A stretch of DNA of 63,844 nt, filler included, from Craspedostauros australis (taxonomy: Eukaryota), in NCBI GenBank assembly GCA_030167865.1. It is 12 parts of 12 records of this genome, joined end to end, with 100 filler letters (N's around TTAATTAATTAA, not from the genome) between each part and the next. Parts side by side here need not be neighbours in the genome. Positions count along the whole stretch, not along the records: positions 12,343 to 23,206 come from JALAGF010001014.1; positions 23,307 to 24,939 come from JALAGF010001015.1; 10 more parts are not named here. The stretch is one strand, 5' to 3'. Position 1 is the first letter of the stretch, and every line of letters begins with the position of its first letter. This document shows, piece after piece, positions 12,455 through 24,576 of the stretch. Below the pieces are notes generated by a model. That model searched no databases, was not told where the DNA came from, and saw nothing but the letters and a program-made list of their open reading frames with translations. The position numbers and the translations under genes are program-made.

Positions 12455-15442
12455 TTAGGGCACCCAAGGTGGAAACCTCCACTCTCTCTCTCTCTCTCTG
12501 AACATGATGAGCAACAACTGCGGCTGGGTGGTGGGCAGTCACCTTCCCACGACGGCATCATGTTTGTCAGACTTTTGCCGTGGTTGTGCCGCACACGTGT
12601 TCCTCCCATCACTGGGGCTGTGTCTGATCGTGGTTGTTTCGGACCTTCCTGGCCAATCCTCCCTCTCTGCAAGGGCAGCTACTCTTGGTGCTGGTGCGAC
12701 TATGCTCCTGTCTTACCTAGAATCAGCACCAACATCACCGGCGGCTGAGCAGGGATTGGGACGCATCAAATCTACCGAGATCGAAATCTATCCAGACACA
12801 TCCCCATTCAGCATGCCTTCCCCCAATGTGCGAACCTTCACCGAGACATCTTCGGGGGATCGGCGGTATCGTCGCCACGGACCGTCGGAAGGATTGCAGT
12901 GATGCTCGAACTGCCTTTCTACCTGAGCGCGTGAGATAATCGGAACCTGTACCTGTCCTCCATGAAACGGCCGAAGAGCCTGCGCCCCCTCCTGCAGCCT
13001 GTCCTCCCTTGGGTGAACACATCACATAGACTCGGACCACATCGTGGCCAAGGGCACGAGTACTCAGACGACGCAAGAGACTTCAGCAAGAGAGCAGCAA
13101 ATGCAACCAGCCGCAATGCTTCATGGCAGAATGAATGCAAAGGGCTCTTGGTGATACTCGAACAGTGATCCAGGATGAAGCCTTGATAGCGCCCCGCTGA
13201 CATCTATGCAGACCACGCAGCAACATACGACCTGCAAGAGCGCAAGCCTGATGCCATCGCTACCCCCCTGGCACCATTGCCATCCCACCATCACACCATA
13301 GGCAATGCAATACTTATGCGGCTGGTGGATCTTGCCTCGTCTTGCTCGTCACAGCGAGCCTGCAGTGTTGTGTGTGGGCGCCACAACTTGAAGCAACGCT
13401 GCGGGGTGGCGAAAAACTCTTTGCCTGATCGTGGGGAGGTCTGTCCACAAAGCTCCCCAGAACAATCTCCAGAAAGAATGGAGGAGAGCGATTCTGCCAG
13501 TGGGTGCAAACGTACGACCATTGTGACAAGGCAGCAACAGCGACCAGTTGCCACCAAACCGCATCTGTTGCAACGACAAGGCGCGAAAACCAAGAATAGA
13601 AATATCACCGGCAGTGGAGATCTGAATGGCAATGCCGATGGGAATGGAAATGGCAAAAACAATCACACATCCGAAAGCCACTCGAGTTTTAGTACGTACG
13701 AGGTATTCGCCGAGGCCATGTTGTGCACAACGCTTTCAAAATCACTTCGTGTTGATTTTTGTCATGATATGTGAGACACACAATAATCTTGTGCCACAAC
13801 TTGGTGTTTTTCGCATCCATCCATAATTGTGACACGTGAAAAATAATGACTGCACAGAAAGCAGACATGAGAATTGCGTCACACGATGTCAGTGGCATCT
13901 GACGCAAAGTCATGGAGTTTAGGTGCGTTAAGGTGTTTGTCACCTGGCATTGAGATGGTTCGCAGACAATTTGCGTTGTTCTCTTCACTTTCCGCCTTCC
14001 CAATCAACGACATTTCGCATCAAGCATCCTTTTTATCGCTGGTGCAACACAAGGCATCCGTGATTCTGGGAAAAACTACCGCGCCGTGAACAGAGGAGAG
14101 AGATAAGCAGAGAGGGAAGTAGCACCGACAACCGCGAAAGGAGAGAGGTGTCAATGACGGCCGGGTCGTTTGTGCGCTCGGTCGAATGCCAATTGGAAGG
14201 GTACGAATCGATGGGCTTGGGTGGGATGAACAGGGACAAAGCAATGTTTCCCTGGGACGTGACACCTCCACCATGTATGCACCTGCTTGCGCTCGCACTG
14301 GCACTCGCGCCTCGCGCAGTTTTGCGCATCCTTTTGCCACAAACGCAAAATCAAACCAAACCCACAGAAGCAACACGAACACGCAAGGAGGAAATAGGGA
14401 CTGGACAATCAGTATCCTACATTGAACGATACCAACGAACTGGGTTCGCAGGGCCTGCATACACCACGACCCATTCGCTGCGCGCTCTGGTTCTGTTTCT
14501 CGACAACCGGATTCTCATCGTCGATCTGTATCGTCTTCACTGCAACCTACTCTACTTGACCTGGAGCGCGAGTCCAAGACCACAAGCACCACCACAAGCG
14601 CCACAAGAGCCACAACCATCATTATCCTCCACTTCTCACAATCCCCAACGAAAGAGCAAGTCAAAACGAAAGAGAGATCGTCCAGCCTCACATTTGGAGC
14701 CTCGCACCACACTCCAAGACTTCAGGACTTCAGCGCTTCGATCCGACACTGCGACCAGCTGTCGATAGCTACTACCTACCTCAATACTGTACCACTCAAT
14801 ACTCCAAACCGCCAACTCCAGAGCGAACTCAACCACGACAACAGGCCAACCTTCACCGGCGGATCTCCATTGTCGCGACGCGGCAACCAAATCCGGAAGA
14901 ATTGAGGGACCAACATCACGGCACGGCATAACCGAGACGAAACCGCCAACAAACCCGCATTTGTCCTCCGTTGTACAGTGGACACACGAGTACCAGTTCT
15001 TGCACCATTAGACGCACTTCCATCCGTGCATCAGCCGTCTCCGCCTTCACTGCGCTCCGACCTTCATCGCCATCCACGCGCGAGAACGGTTCGGACAACC
15101 TCGGACCAGAAACGGGATTTCCAGAGGCTCACATTCACGTCCATAGCGCCGCCACCGCTTTGGGCTGCGACTCCAGACGTCCACAGTACCGCCATCTCCA
15201 TCCTTGTTCGTCGATCGACCGGAGAATCTCTGCGCCACACATCCTGCACGTCATACATCGTCACTTCGGTTCGACGGAAAGACCTGCAACCCAGGTCCTG
15301 GCGCATCCAGACACCCCACATTTCCACAAAAAGCAGGATTGGCCTCGTCAGTTGAAACCCATCAGCATTTGTCAGGTCTCATAAAACCATCAACCATCGC
15401 AAGATCTATCAGCCCACAACAACCAGCCAACCAGCAATCAGC

Positions 15443-17221
15443 ATGATCACCCCACCAGAAGCACCATCAAAAGTCTCTCTCCGTCACGCCTGGTCCAATC
15501 AGACGCAAACTTTCCCCCCTGCTTCCACACAAGGACGTCTCAACATGAACTCGTCAACGCACTCAACGCACTCAACAAGTCCGGCATCGCCATCAGTGCC
15601 AGCATCCACACAAGCAGCAGCGAACGTCCAACCGAGTCCGCTGGAGTCCTTCATGCGCAATCTGGTCCAAGAGAGTTGCTTCAGCCTGACGCAGACACAA
15701 GCACAGAGTGGAGACGCCCAGCAATCCAGCAGCTGCACCAGCAGCAGCCGCAGCGAAGGCATCAACCCTGCCAACAGAAGCGCCATTGCCAGCACCCCCA
15801 GCAACCACAAGCGTGAGCGCACCTTCCGCATTTCCATGACCTCATCATCGTCTTCGCTGATGTCTGCGTCATCGACAATGTCCAACAGCTCGGCTGTCTC
15901 GTTCGAGGCAACCACCACCATCGTGGACAAGGGACTCGCACCAGTGGCAGACATCATGGACACATCTTCCTCCCTCTCGTCCTCGTCATCACCATCAGCT
16001 CCATCTGCGTCTGCATCTACGTCCGCAAGCACAACGATCCACGGACTCGTCGCCCAGACTCTGGAGGACGTCGAGGCCACCCTGGCCGGTTCTGCGGATC
16101 CAAACACGGTACATATGCAGGAAGAGATGGCAGGCACAGCAGCAGCATCAGCAGCAGCAGGCAGCTCCATCCTGAGACAGGAGATCATCCTGATTCCTGA
16201 CAACGCAAAGCCGCAACGCCGTCGTTCGCAACCCCGACGCAGATCGTCTTCTTCTCGACGCGGAAGCAACGGCCACGTCGATCCCATGGACACCTCTGCG
16301 ACGCCCGCACCGCGCTACCCTAACTCGCTGATCCACATGCAGATGCAGGCTCAGCTGTACGAGACAGTTCCATCGTACCATCAGCGACAGCCGTTGCAGC
16401 TTCAACAAGATGCAGCACAGCAGGGAGTCGCCGTGGGCCCCGATGGACAAGCTCCGAGGTCCATCCTCAAGAAGGTCTCTGCGTATGAGCAGGCCGAAGT
16501 CCCCGCGCCGTCATGCGACTGGCCAGGGTCCTTCCATGCCGGACCCACAAGCCAAGACATGTGCATGTGCAGGGGCATGATGAACCGCAACGGCGGTGGT
16601 GGCGCTGGCGAGGACATGTTCGCCATCAACACCACCTCCTACAAGCCAAAGCAGCACCGCGAGTCTCGATGGGAAGGCATGGACAAGGCGAAGGTGGCCG
16701 ATCCAGGCACCGGCTTGACGCGCCCATGCCGACAGGTGTCTGCCGAATGGCTCACCTCCCTGGCCGAGATCCGTCGTTCACAGTCCAAGGGCGGATCCAG
16801 ACCTCGCGAATCCACATCTTCACCCGCCGACCAGGAAGGAGGTCGGCAGAACGCAACCTTCCCCGTGGCCGGCACCCCGATATCGATGGGATCCAGCAAG
16901 ACCATGCCGGCAAAGCGCACGACGCAATCCAGCAACGTCGTTGCCAAGTGGATGCAGTCCAAGCAGCAACACCCGGAACCACCGCAGGCACCGTCCCAGG
17001 AATCTCCATTCTCGCCCCACGTGAAGTCTCACAAGACGCACAAGTCCACGAGCGCCCGCGGCAACCCATCGTCGCTGTTCTCGAGCATCGGCAGCCAACT
17101 GCGCAGAGACTGCCCCGTCGTGCCTGAGGACTGGTCAGGCAGCGCAGAGTTCAACCAGTACGCAGCCGACCACGCTGCTTCGTTCCTTCCGGACATGTCC
17201 CACCTGCACGGGACTTGCTAG
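15443..17221 (+). CDS. Hypothetical Ser/Gln/Pro-rich disordered protein (592 aa), paralog of 21552-22781
   Basis: Long ORF with an ATG start. It shares the ordered motifs PLESFMR, DNAK, HRESRW and GLTRPCR with the ORF at 21552. Confidence 0.75.
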   Translation: MITPPEAPSKVSLRHAWSNQTQTFPPASTQGRLNMNSSTHSTHSTSPASPSVPASTQAAANVQPSPLESFMRNLVQESCFSLTQTQAQSGDAQQSSSCTSSSRSEGINPANRSAIASTPSNHKRERTFRISMTSSSSSLMSASSTMSNSSAVSFEATTTIVDKGLAPVADIMDTSSSLSSSSSPSAPSASASTSASTTIHGLVAQTLEDVEATLAGSADPNTVHMQEEMAGTAAASAAAGSSILRQEIILIPDNAKPQRRRSQPRRRSSSSRRGSNGHVDPMDTSATPAPRYPNSLIHMQMQAQLYETVPSYHQRQPLQLQQDAAQQGVAVGPDGQAPRSILKKVSAYEQAEVPAPSCDWPGSFHAGPTSQDMCMCRGMMNRNGGGGAGEDMFAINTTSYKPKQHRESRWEGMDKAKVADPGTGLTRPCRQVSAEWLTSLAEIRRSQSKGGSRPRESTSSPADQEGGRQNATFPVAGTPISMGSSKTMPAKRTTQSSNVVAKWMQSKQQHPEPPQAPSQESPFSPHVKSHKTHKSTSARGNPSSLFSSIGSQLRRDCPVVPEDWSGSAEFNQYAADHAASFLPDMSHLHGTC

Positions 17222-20200
17222 ACAGCGAGGTCCATTCGGTTGCCTGCAAACGACGACAAAGAAGGACGAAGTAATGCCGGCGTTGGCTTTGGGGCTCTCA
17301 TGTGCCCCGAACTGACACGCCAACTGCGTCCCTCTCGGAGCAGCAACGCGCTTGCAACACTGCAAACACACCATTTTTGAAAACAACAGCATCGCATCAC
17401 ATCATATGACAGCACATCACACTGAGCCATAAGACAATGTAATACTTTAGAACAGTCCGTATCCACGAAACTACCCCACAACATGCGTCAGTCACTGTAC
17501 TATATGCTTGGGTACTCCACCATACTTCGGCTTGGTTGATGGGCGATTGGCATAGCGGATGCAATGCCCACAATTCGAAGAAGTTGGACACAAAGGGAGA
17601 TATGCGAGGCTGAACTTCGGACACCCTTGCCATCTTGAGAACCACGTGGCTCAAGCTCCGTCACTTGCAGCTGCCCATTCCAGTGTGATGTCTGGAAAGT
17701 TGCTGTCTTTCTTGCCTTGTTTGTGTAGATGGCTCAAGTTTGTGTCCAATTTCATGCCTCAACGGAGTTGGATTTCGTGTGCTGTTTTGGCACGGTCCGG
17801 AAGGGAAGACCTTGTGGACTGCCGGTTGGAGACAACCATGTCATGCAGTTCTCAAAGGAGGATGAGCATTTGGTGTAGTGTAACTGTAACGATGAGTAGA
17901 GTAGTGATGTTTGTACTAATCTTGGCTTTGCTATAGCAGTGATTATGAGTTGATCAGTTGATGGAGTTAGGATGAAGAAACAATGTTCACACAGTTGATA
18001 TCAGATCAAAAGTCTATATTCACCTTAGTCTATGTCTAGTCTTGTTCTCCGTAGACTGTGTCAGGTCACGCATGAGACTTTTGGTCATGAACCGTTTTCT
18101 CTTTCTCTGTTGATCTCTTTTCCCGCAACTCCCGACGGCGCTCAGATACCTGTCTTGGTATCTGAAGATGGTAATGAGTTGAAGGATGGATGTCAGGCCC
18201 TGCTTGTCATCCTCCTTATGTGCACATGAACATACATGTCTACTGTCTTGGTGAGTGAATGTACCTGAGCATCTTGGCTCAGATACAAGCTCATCAATCC
18301 CATCAAATTTGGCAAGATCGCATTTCTGCAATGACCGGATTTGCTGCATGCATCATTGTTGTTCCAAGAAGAAAGATCAGTATTGGAGGCGCCATGAACC
18401 TCCTCAGTCTTGCAAACTCGACAACACCTTCATGTTCTGCACTTCATGCACTGCAATTTATGCACTGCACTTCATGCTCTGCTGTGTGTTGCAACACATG
18501 TTGCCTCAGCATCATTTTCATCATTTCATCTCCATCTGCTCACAATTCAGACTCCAACAGTTCTGAATTGGGCCAGCTTACATCATCTAAACATCAATTA
18601 ACCACTCAGAGCACACTGACAACTACCAACATCTTCACTCTACTTCATTTGACGGACCTGATCACTCCCAATCTCGAAGTAAGTACCCATTTTTGTCTGT
18701 GTTCTATCAGTTGATGCGGCTCTGCACTGATTCTCAGGGGTTTAGTGTTGAGGACAGACAAGAATCCTTGCTCTTGTTGATCTCTCCATCTGCAGTTGTC
18801 TCCCAGCATTGAAGTACTAGAGCTTGACACCTTGTTGAAGTTGCCAGTGAAGACACAGCAGGGGTGATAAGAGGAATTCACAGTGGGATTCCCTGCTTTT
18901 GTTGAAGCAGGTTGGATCTCCTTGCTATGGCCGTGGTGTGAGAGCAGATGCCATAGCTGGAGAGGGGATTGAGACAAGTTGTAATACAAGGATCCAGGGA
19001 GCATAGTTGCCAGGACAGCTTGGATCGAGGCAATCGTGCCATTGGGTCAGTGATTGTCCGTGAATGAAAGAGGGATTGTGGTCGTCGGGGTCGGAAGGCT
19101 TCGCGCCAAAAGTGAATTTTAGAAAACAACGTGGGACACACTATTTTGGATGATAGTCTGTCCTTAGTTGAGATTCAACTATGGTGGAAGGATATTGGAA
19201 ATACAACAAGACTACTTCAATGGTACCTATCGTGACTCAAAGTGATCGGATCGTTCGACTTTCGATCCAACGGAACAAACGGTAGCCTGACTTGCTGGAG
19301 AGTAGAGATGACTGTATTGAACAAAGCGCCCGATTGCTGGACGCCGTAGAGCAAATGAAGATGCTCATTAGCTTCTCTATCGTCCTGCAAGGCCTGATAT
19401 ATGGTGTCTTGTGGTGACAGACGGTGGAGTCTGATGCTGGGGGAATAGATGTGGAAGATGTGGGCCGTTACTGTCTACGCCATAGTGGTAGTCCTGGTGC
19501 AGACAGCAACTAGTCGACCATTGCTCACATGCCACCGCAGAGTACGACTGATGCATGGGTATGGCATGAATCTCTGGACATGTACTAGTTGTGCCACATG
19601 CTGCGCGCACGATAATACCAGCCGAGTATAATACGATTGTGCGATGATAGTTCCAGTATTCCAGAGAGGAGGTCGTATAGTCGAGCACGGCTTGTCACTA
19701 CGAAGACAGCGATGCTAAGATTACGACGGTTGCATCCCTTTCAAATCGAGACATGACATCCGAAGGCGTCACACCCATGCGAGCTGAGCTGTCTTCTGGA
19801 ACCGCCACCGTCACCCTTCGCCAGTTTGACGGGGCGACAAGGTCGCACGACCACAGTGTGTAAATCCGCCGCTGCACATCAAGCCCCCTACGAAAGTGGC
19901 CCGGCAACGCCAACGTACCAGTCCAACCATGTTGCCTGGCGGTCCAATTGGAGCAAAGGGTCGAGATCCAGAAGATGTCGAGCAAGACGACGTGCTGTGT
20001 TCTGCACGAGTATGTACGGGAACAAGATGGCGCAACAACAAGAACAAGTTTGCCCAGAGCAGGCTAAACCTTGGCGACTCCGACACATGGGGCAGGAGTG
20101 AGGGGGGTAAATCAAACAGATGCATGGTCCTCATTCGCGAGCACGATGTTGTGGTACAACTAACTTATCTTGAGATGGAACAGCAACGATCTATCCCTGC

Positions 20201-20445
20201 AGTGGATCCACACCACTCCTCGCATGATACAAAATTGCATAGCACGGCCTTGATCATCGTTCGAGCTACGGAACGTTCATCGATGACGGTATTGGCGAGC
20301 CTGTGGTTGTCAAGTGTTGTGATTCTTCTGCTTTGATTGGTACCGATCCGATACCAAGTGAACACCTCCAGCGTGTGATCTTGTGGCGTTGCGGACCGGA
20401 TGACGACCCCGATCATCGCCTTCGAACCATCATGGTTGGATCGGT

Positions 20446-20498
20446 TGCTTGCCTTGCTGCTTGCCTTGCTGCTTGCCTTGTTGCTTGCCTTGTTGCTT
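20446..20498. repeat. 12-bp tandem repeat (TTGCTTGCCTTG-like, ~4 units)
   Basis: ttgcttgccttgctgcttgccttgctgcttgccttgttgcttgccttgttgct is seen directly. Confidence 0.85.
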
Positions 20499-21551
20499 GT
20501 TCGCCGGTTTCGTTGCATCGGCAATGCCACACCTCTCTGCTTCTTCATCACCGTGATGAAGCTGGCGAGCATGCACAAGATCCCAGCCCGGCATGGCGCG
20601 GCCACAAGAGTGAATGGATTCCAACAAGATGGACCCAAGACATGATGTCATTGAAACATTCCAATAAGACCCGTCATGACAACCGTAAGTTTATCATCGA
20701 GTTCCGGTCAAACAGGTTGGCATGGAAACGGAGCAGATTGGAGCGTCTCGGAATCGTGGTAGCCTGGACAGCAGATTGTCGATGGCATTGTGATACTGCA
20801 ATTTCTTCGCTATGACCTCAACCAATGCGAGGATTTGGAATCCGTTTTCGTTCTGTTCATGTGAACGGGTGGTCGTGGTGGCATGTGTGCAGCGAAAACT
20901 GACGTCGAGTCATCCATGCACGCATGAGGTGAAGAAACACCGAAAATGGCGTATGTGACAAAACTGTCATTGACTCTTTTGTCGTGTGCGCTGCTGGATT
21001 GTTCTGTGTGTCACATGTTAAATGAACGCGGAACATGGGTCTTGACATGCGCCTACCAGTCCGTGTGGAAAGAACTATTGTGGGGTCATCGCGATTTCAG
21101 AGGAAGCAATAACTATGGCAATATTTGTCGCTGATGGATGTTCATCTTACTCCACATGCTCCCCAATTGTACCACGCGCTGTGGTGCGCCAATGGCAACA
21201 GGCAGCGTCATGATCGCTCTTTGTGCGAAGTACAAACTGCTTGCGCTGGAGCCTCGTTGCCGTGGACGCGAATAACGCACATACTGCGAATCTGTCCATT
21301 TGGTTGCGTTACGTTGCGTAACCTTGCGTTGCATTCGTGTTGCATTCGTGCTGCATTCGTGTTGTACCACTAGTGCGTGTGCGTCGCCATGTTGTGCGGT
21401 ACTGGTGGTGACGCACAATTCTTATGTTTGAGAAAGTCAACAGAAGAACCAAACAACGGAACACAAGGAAGACTGCAACCACTGCTTCATCGTCATAAAT
21501 CTCGACGACGTCCAAGCCACCCACACGAGAGCATTGTACTGATATCGCATC

Positions 21552-22781
21552 ATGGGAGTCAAGACGATGGTGTCGCAGCGCTACGTGATGGAGAATGAGA
21601 CGGAGACGCAGCTGAGAGCGACAGGCAACCATCGCAGCAACGATGCTGCCGACGATGACAGCGCAGCCAAGCCGGCATCCACCTCGTCCTTCGAACCAGA
21701 CGCCATCGAGATCGGCAAGCGGGATGCGCTGCATGTTGCTGCGGACCAAGCGGCGGCAGGAGACGGCAGCAACCAGGCCCCGCCGTGTCCGCTGCAGTCC
21801 TTCATGAGAGATCTGCTGCGCACCACCTCCACATCATCGCTGCCATCGGATGTCACGCAAGAAGCCACGCAGAATGGCGACAAGCAAGAGCGCAGACGCA
21901 AGGCCCGCAGACGGCGGCGCAAGCTGACGCGCAGCGAGTCGGCCGATGAGCTCGTCTTCTCTCCTGTGCGAGCCACGCGTGCGACAGCACCGTCCAGCAA
22001 CGGCCTTGTGCTGGTCACCGACAACGCGCGTTCCAACAGCATCCGCGAGACCGTGGAGGAACGACCCTTCCTCAGACGGCACAAGTCGCAGCCTCTGGAC
22101 AGGTGTTCGTCCCAGCACAGACCTGCCTTGCTGCGGCGCAAGAAGCGAGATCCCTCTGCCAGACACAGCTACCAGCATCAGCACCAACACCAGCACCAGC
22201 CACCACAGAAGCACCTTGATGAGCAAGCGGATCGTCAGCAACCGAAGCAACGGCAGAGTCAGTGGGAGAGCCAATGGCAGAACCAACCGAGAAGCAAGGG
22301 CCCCAGCCAGCCGCAGTATCTGTCCAGCAGAATCAAGTCCAAGAGCAGCGCGGATCACAGGGAGACCAGATGGCAATCCACCAAGACAACTGCTCCGATC
22401 ATCCCAAAGCGCGTCGGCTTGATGCTGCCTCGCAGATCCGACCCCACCAACTGCTCCAGCCATGGCATGCAGGATGAGGGCCGTTCCGCACCCTTGCGGT
22501 CTTCCTCATGCGATGCGCGCACAAAGACTCGCCGACGACGCATCCGTCCAACCGTCTGCATCAGCATCAATGACGGCGGCAATCGCAGCCGCAATCGCAG
22601 CGTGGATCGTGCCCCCACGTACACGCGACGTCCATCGCTCACAACGTCAGATGTGGCGCCGCAGGACGAGGAGGATCGTGCCAACGACAACGGCAGCACC
22701 AGCCGCAACGCGAAAGAACCTGGAAAGACCATGCATTATCTGTATTCCAAGAACACCCTGCGTCGCTTGGATTCCATGTAA
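21552..22781 (+). CDS. Hypothetical basic disordered protein (409 aa), paralog of 15443-17221
   Basis: Long ORF with PLQSFMR, DNAR, HRETRW and GLMLPRR in the same order as in the 15443 ORF. Confidence 0.72.
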   Translation: MGVKTMVSQRYVMENETETQLRATGNHRSNDAADDDSAAKPASTSSFEPDAIEIGKRDALHVAADQAAAGDGSNQAPPCPLQSFMRDLLRTTSTSSLPSDVTQEATQNGDKQERRRKARRRRRKLTRSESADELVFSPVRATRATAPSSNGLVLVTDNARSNSIRETVEERPFLRRHKSQPLDRCSSQHRPALLRRKKRDPSARHSYQHQHQHQHQPPQKHLDEQADRQQPKQRQSQWESQWQNQPRSKGPSQPQYLSSRIKSKSSADHRETRWQSTKTTAPIIPKRVGLMLPRRSDPTNCSSHGMQDEGRSAPLRSSSCDARTKTRRRRIRPTVCISINDGGNRSRNRSVDRAPTYTRRPSLTTSDVAPQDEEDRANDNGSTSRNAKEPGKTMHYLYSKNTLRRLDSM

Positions 22782-22833
22782 CATTTATGCGAGTAGCAAC
22801 AGAGAATCTATACTAAACGTGTGCGATTGTTAT

Positions 22834-23206
22834 GACCCGGTTGTGTGACGGGACCTGCAGTCGGTCCTGAAGGGGTGGCAACTTACGGGGCTTTCAACCA
22901 AACCACCCACATATTCATAAACTAGAGAAAAATATAAGAATCACAGTGGACGCCGATTTTTCTTTATTGTCGAATTTTAATTTTTATGGACCCATTGATT
23001 TCGCGCTCATCTAGACACGACTAGCGCACAACGGCCAGATTCAGTGTCTTTGTACCTTGATTCGGATCGCCAAAAGAAGAATTCTCGATGTCAATTGCAG
23101 TGCTAATTTATTTTTTTAGTCCCTCCATTGCAGCTCTGACTCGCCGAAGCAATTGTGTCCTCACATTTTGTTCCACCAACTCCGGAGATTCCGTATTCTC
23201 CTTCAT
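22834..23206. mobile_element. Possible transposon terminus related to the 112-bp repeat
   Basis: TAT|GACCCGGTT matches the reverse complement of the repeat end (TAA/TAT|GACCCGGGTT). The sequence then becomes AT-rich up to the contig break. Confidence 0.4.
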
Positions 23207-23306
23207 NNNNNNNNNNNNNNNNNNNNNNNNNNNNNNNNNNNNNNNNNNNNTTAATTAATTAANNNNNNNNNNNNNNNNNNNNNNNNNNNNNNNNNNNNNN
23301 NNNNNN

Positions 23307-23418
23307 GTCTTGAGGGTTGTGTAGGGTCCTCACATATAGGGCTATCGATGTGTGAAGTTTAAGAGGCAGCAATTTGGAATCATCGGGGAATATCCATCGA
23401 TCCTGTTGAACCCGGGTC
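23307..23418. repeat. 112-bp dispersed repeat, copy 3
   Basis: Identical to the other two copies and followed by TTA (115 bp shared with copy 2). Confidence 0.9.
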
Positions 23419-23722
23419 TTACAAAGCCCAAAAATGCAAGGGGGTCGTAAGTGGACTGGTGAGTCCACTTACGAAAACGCCCACACAAAAAATTCCTTAC
23501 GGATATTTCTATTTCTCTCAGAAATCGTTGATTGCAAATTTCCTCCAGAAATTCTGCTCATTTTCATGTGTTCCATTTCCACTGTAATTCTGACGAATCA
23601 CAGCATACTATTGACACGAATGTAGTTGTACCGTCCAAGTGCATATGAGAGAATAACAGGTGAATGATGCACATATACAAGTACATCTCGACATATAATC
23701 ACATGTACATCTTGACAGCCGC

Positions 23723-24576
23723 TTAGTACGCTATGATTGCCAAGGTGTGTCCATTGCGTTGCTTCGAGGCGTTATTGTAGAAGTCGTTGCGCTCGTAGTC
23801 GCCCTGCATGCCTTCCAACAGCTGGATTGTATCGCCCAGCAGCTCCGCGCTCCTGCCTATGATCTTTTTGTAGTACGACAGATGATGCATGAAGAAATCG
23901 AACATGCCGACGGCTTGCAGATTCCAGCTTCTCGTGCTCATTGCGAAGTGACCAAACTCCAGGTTTATGGTCTCCGTTTCGTGAAGATGCTGCAAGCTGA
24001 TGTGGCCGTTTCTGAGCAAGCGGTTGACGGCAACGAGCCACGCGGCCGAATAGCCATCGCTGGGCTGTTCTCACGTCATGCCAGAAAACCGTTGCGTGCT
24101 GTTGTCCGCTGTGGATGACGCAGCAGGGAACGTTGTCATGTCAACGGCCCTGTCCTCGTTGTCTTCGAATGACACCCCGCGACCCTGCAGCAGATCATCC
24201 TTGCTGTACCCTGCCATGAACCGCTGCGGCCTGTGGCCTGTTGAGAAGTCGTGGATTGCGTCGAACGGTGGCATCTTCAGCATGCCCGACAGTCCTGACT
24301 GAGCGGCTTCCGGCCATTGGGGGCGCGTGGCTGTGGCTGTGGCTGTGGCTGTGGCTGTGTTACCATCCCCTTGGACAACGTGATGGTGACATCAGGAACA
24401 TCAAAGAGGTTGGATATGAAGCGGAGCGATGAGATCTGCACAAGGCTGAGGAAGATGGCAATCGCAAGGACCGTCCAAAGGATCGGACTGACCGACCAAG
24501 GGGTCAATGGTGCTGATGCTGACACTGATGCTGACGCTGATGCTGACGCTGATGCTGATCCTGGTGGCCTCCTCAT
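23723..24576 (-). pseudogene. Fragmented type II membrane/secreted protein gene
   Basis: A TM segment (ILWTVLAIAIFLSLV) and PQ stem are followed by consecutive short protein-like ORFs (24071-24283, 23723-24019) broken by frameshifts or stops. The family was not recognised. Confidence 0.35.

Noticed and set aside
12460..15440. Short ORFs upstream of the 15443 gene
   Set aside because: No coherent reading frame or family motif; probably decayed or intergenic sequence.
19170..21500. Protein-like ORF fragments (e.g. 19896-20336)
   Set aside because: Interrupted and unassignable by eye; the 20165-20815 ORFs are driven by a 12-bp tandem repeat.
10465..23418. 112-bp repeat as a CRISPR repeat, telomere or small ORF (RVQQDRWIFPDD...)
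   Set aside because: The copies sit on different contigs, with no spacer array and no tandem TTAGGG. The ORF exists only by running into Ns.
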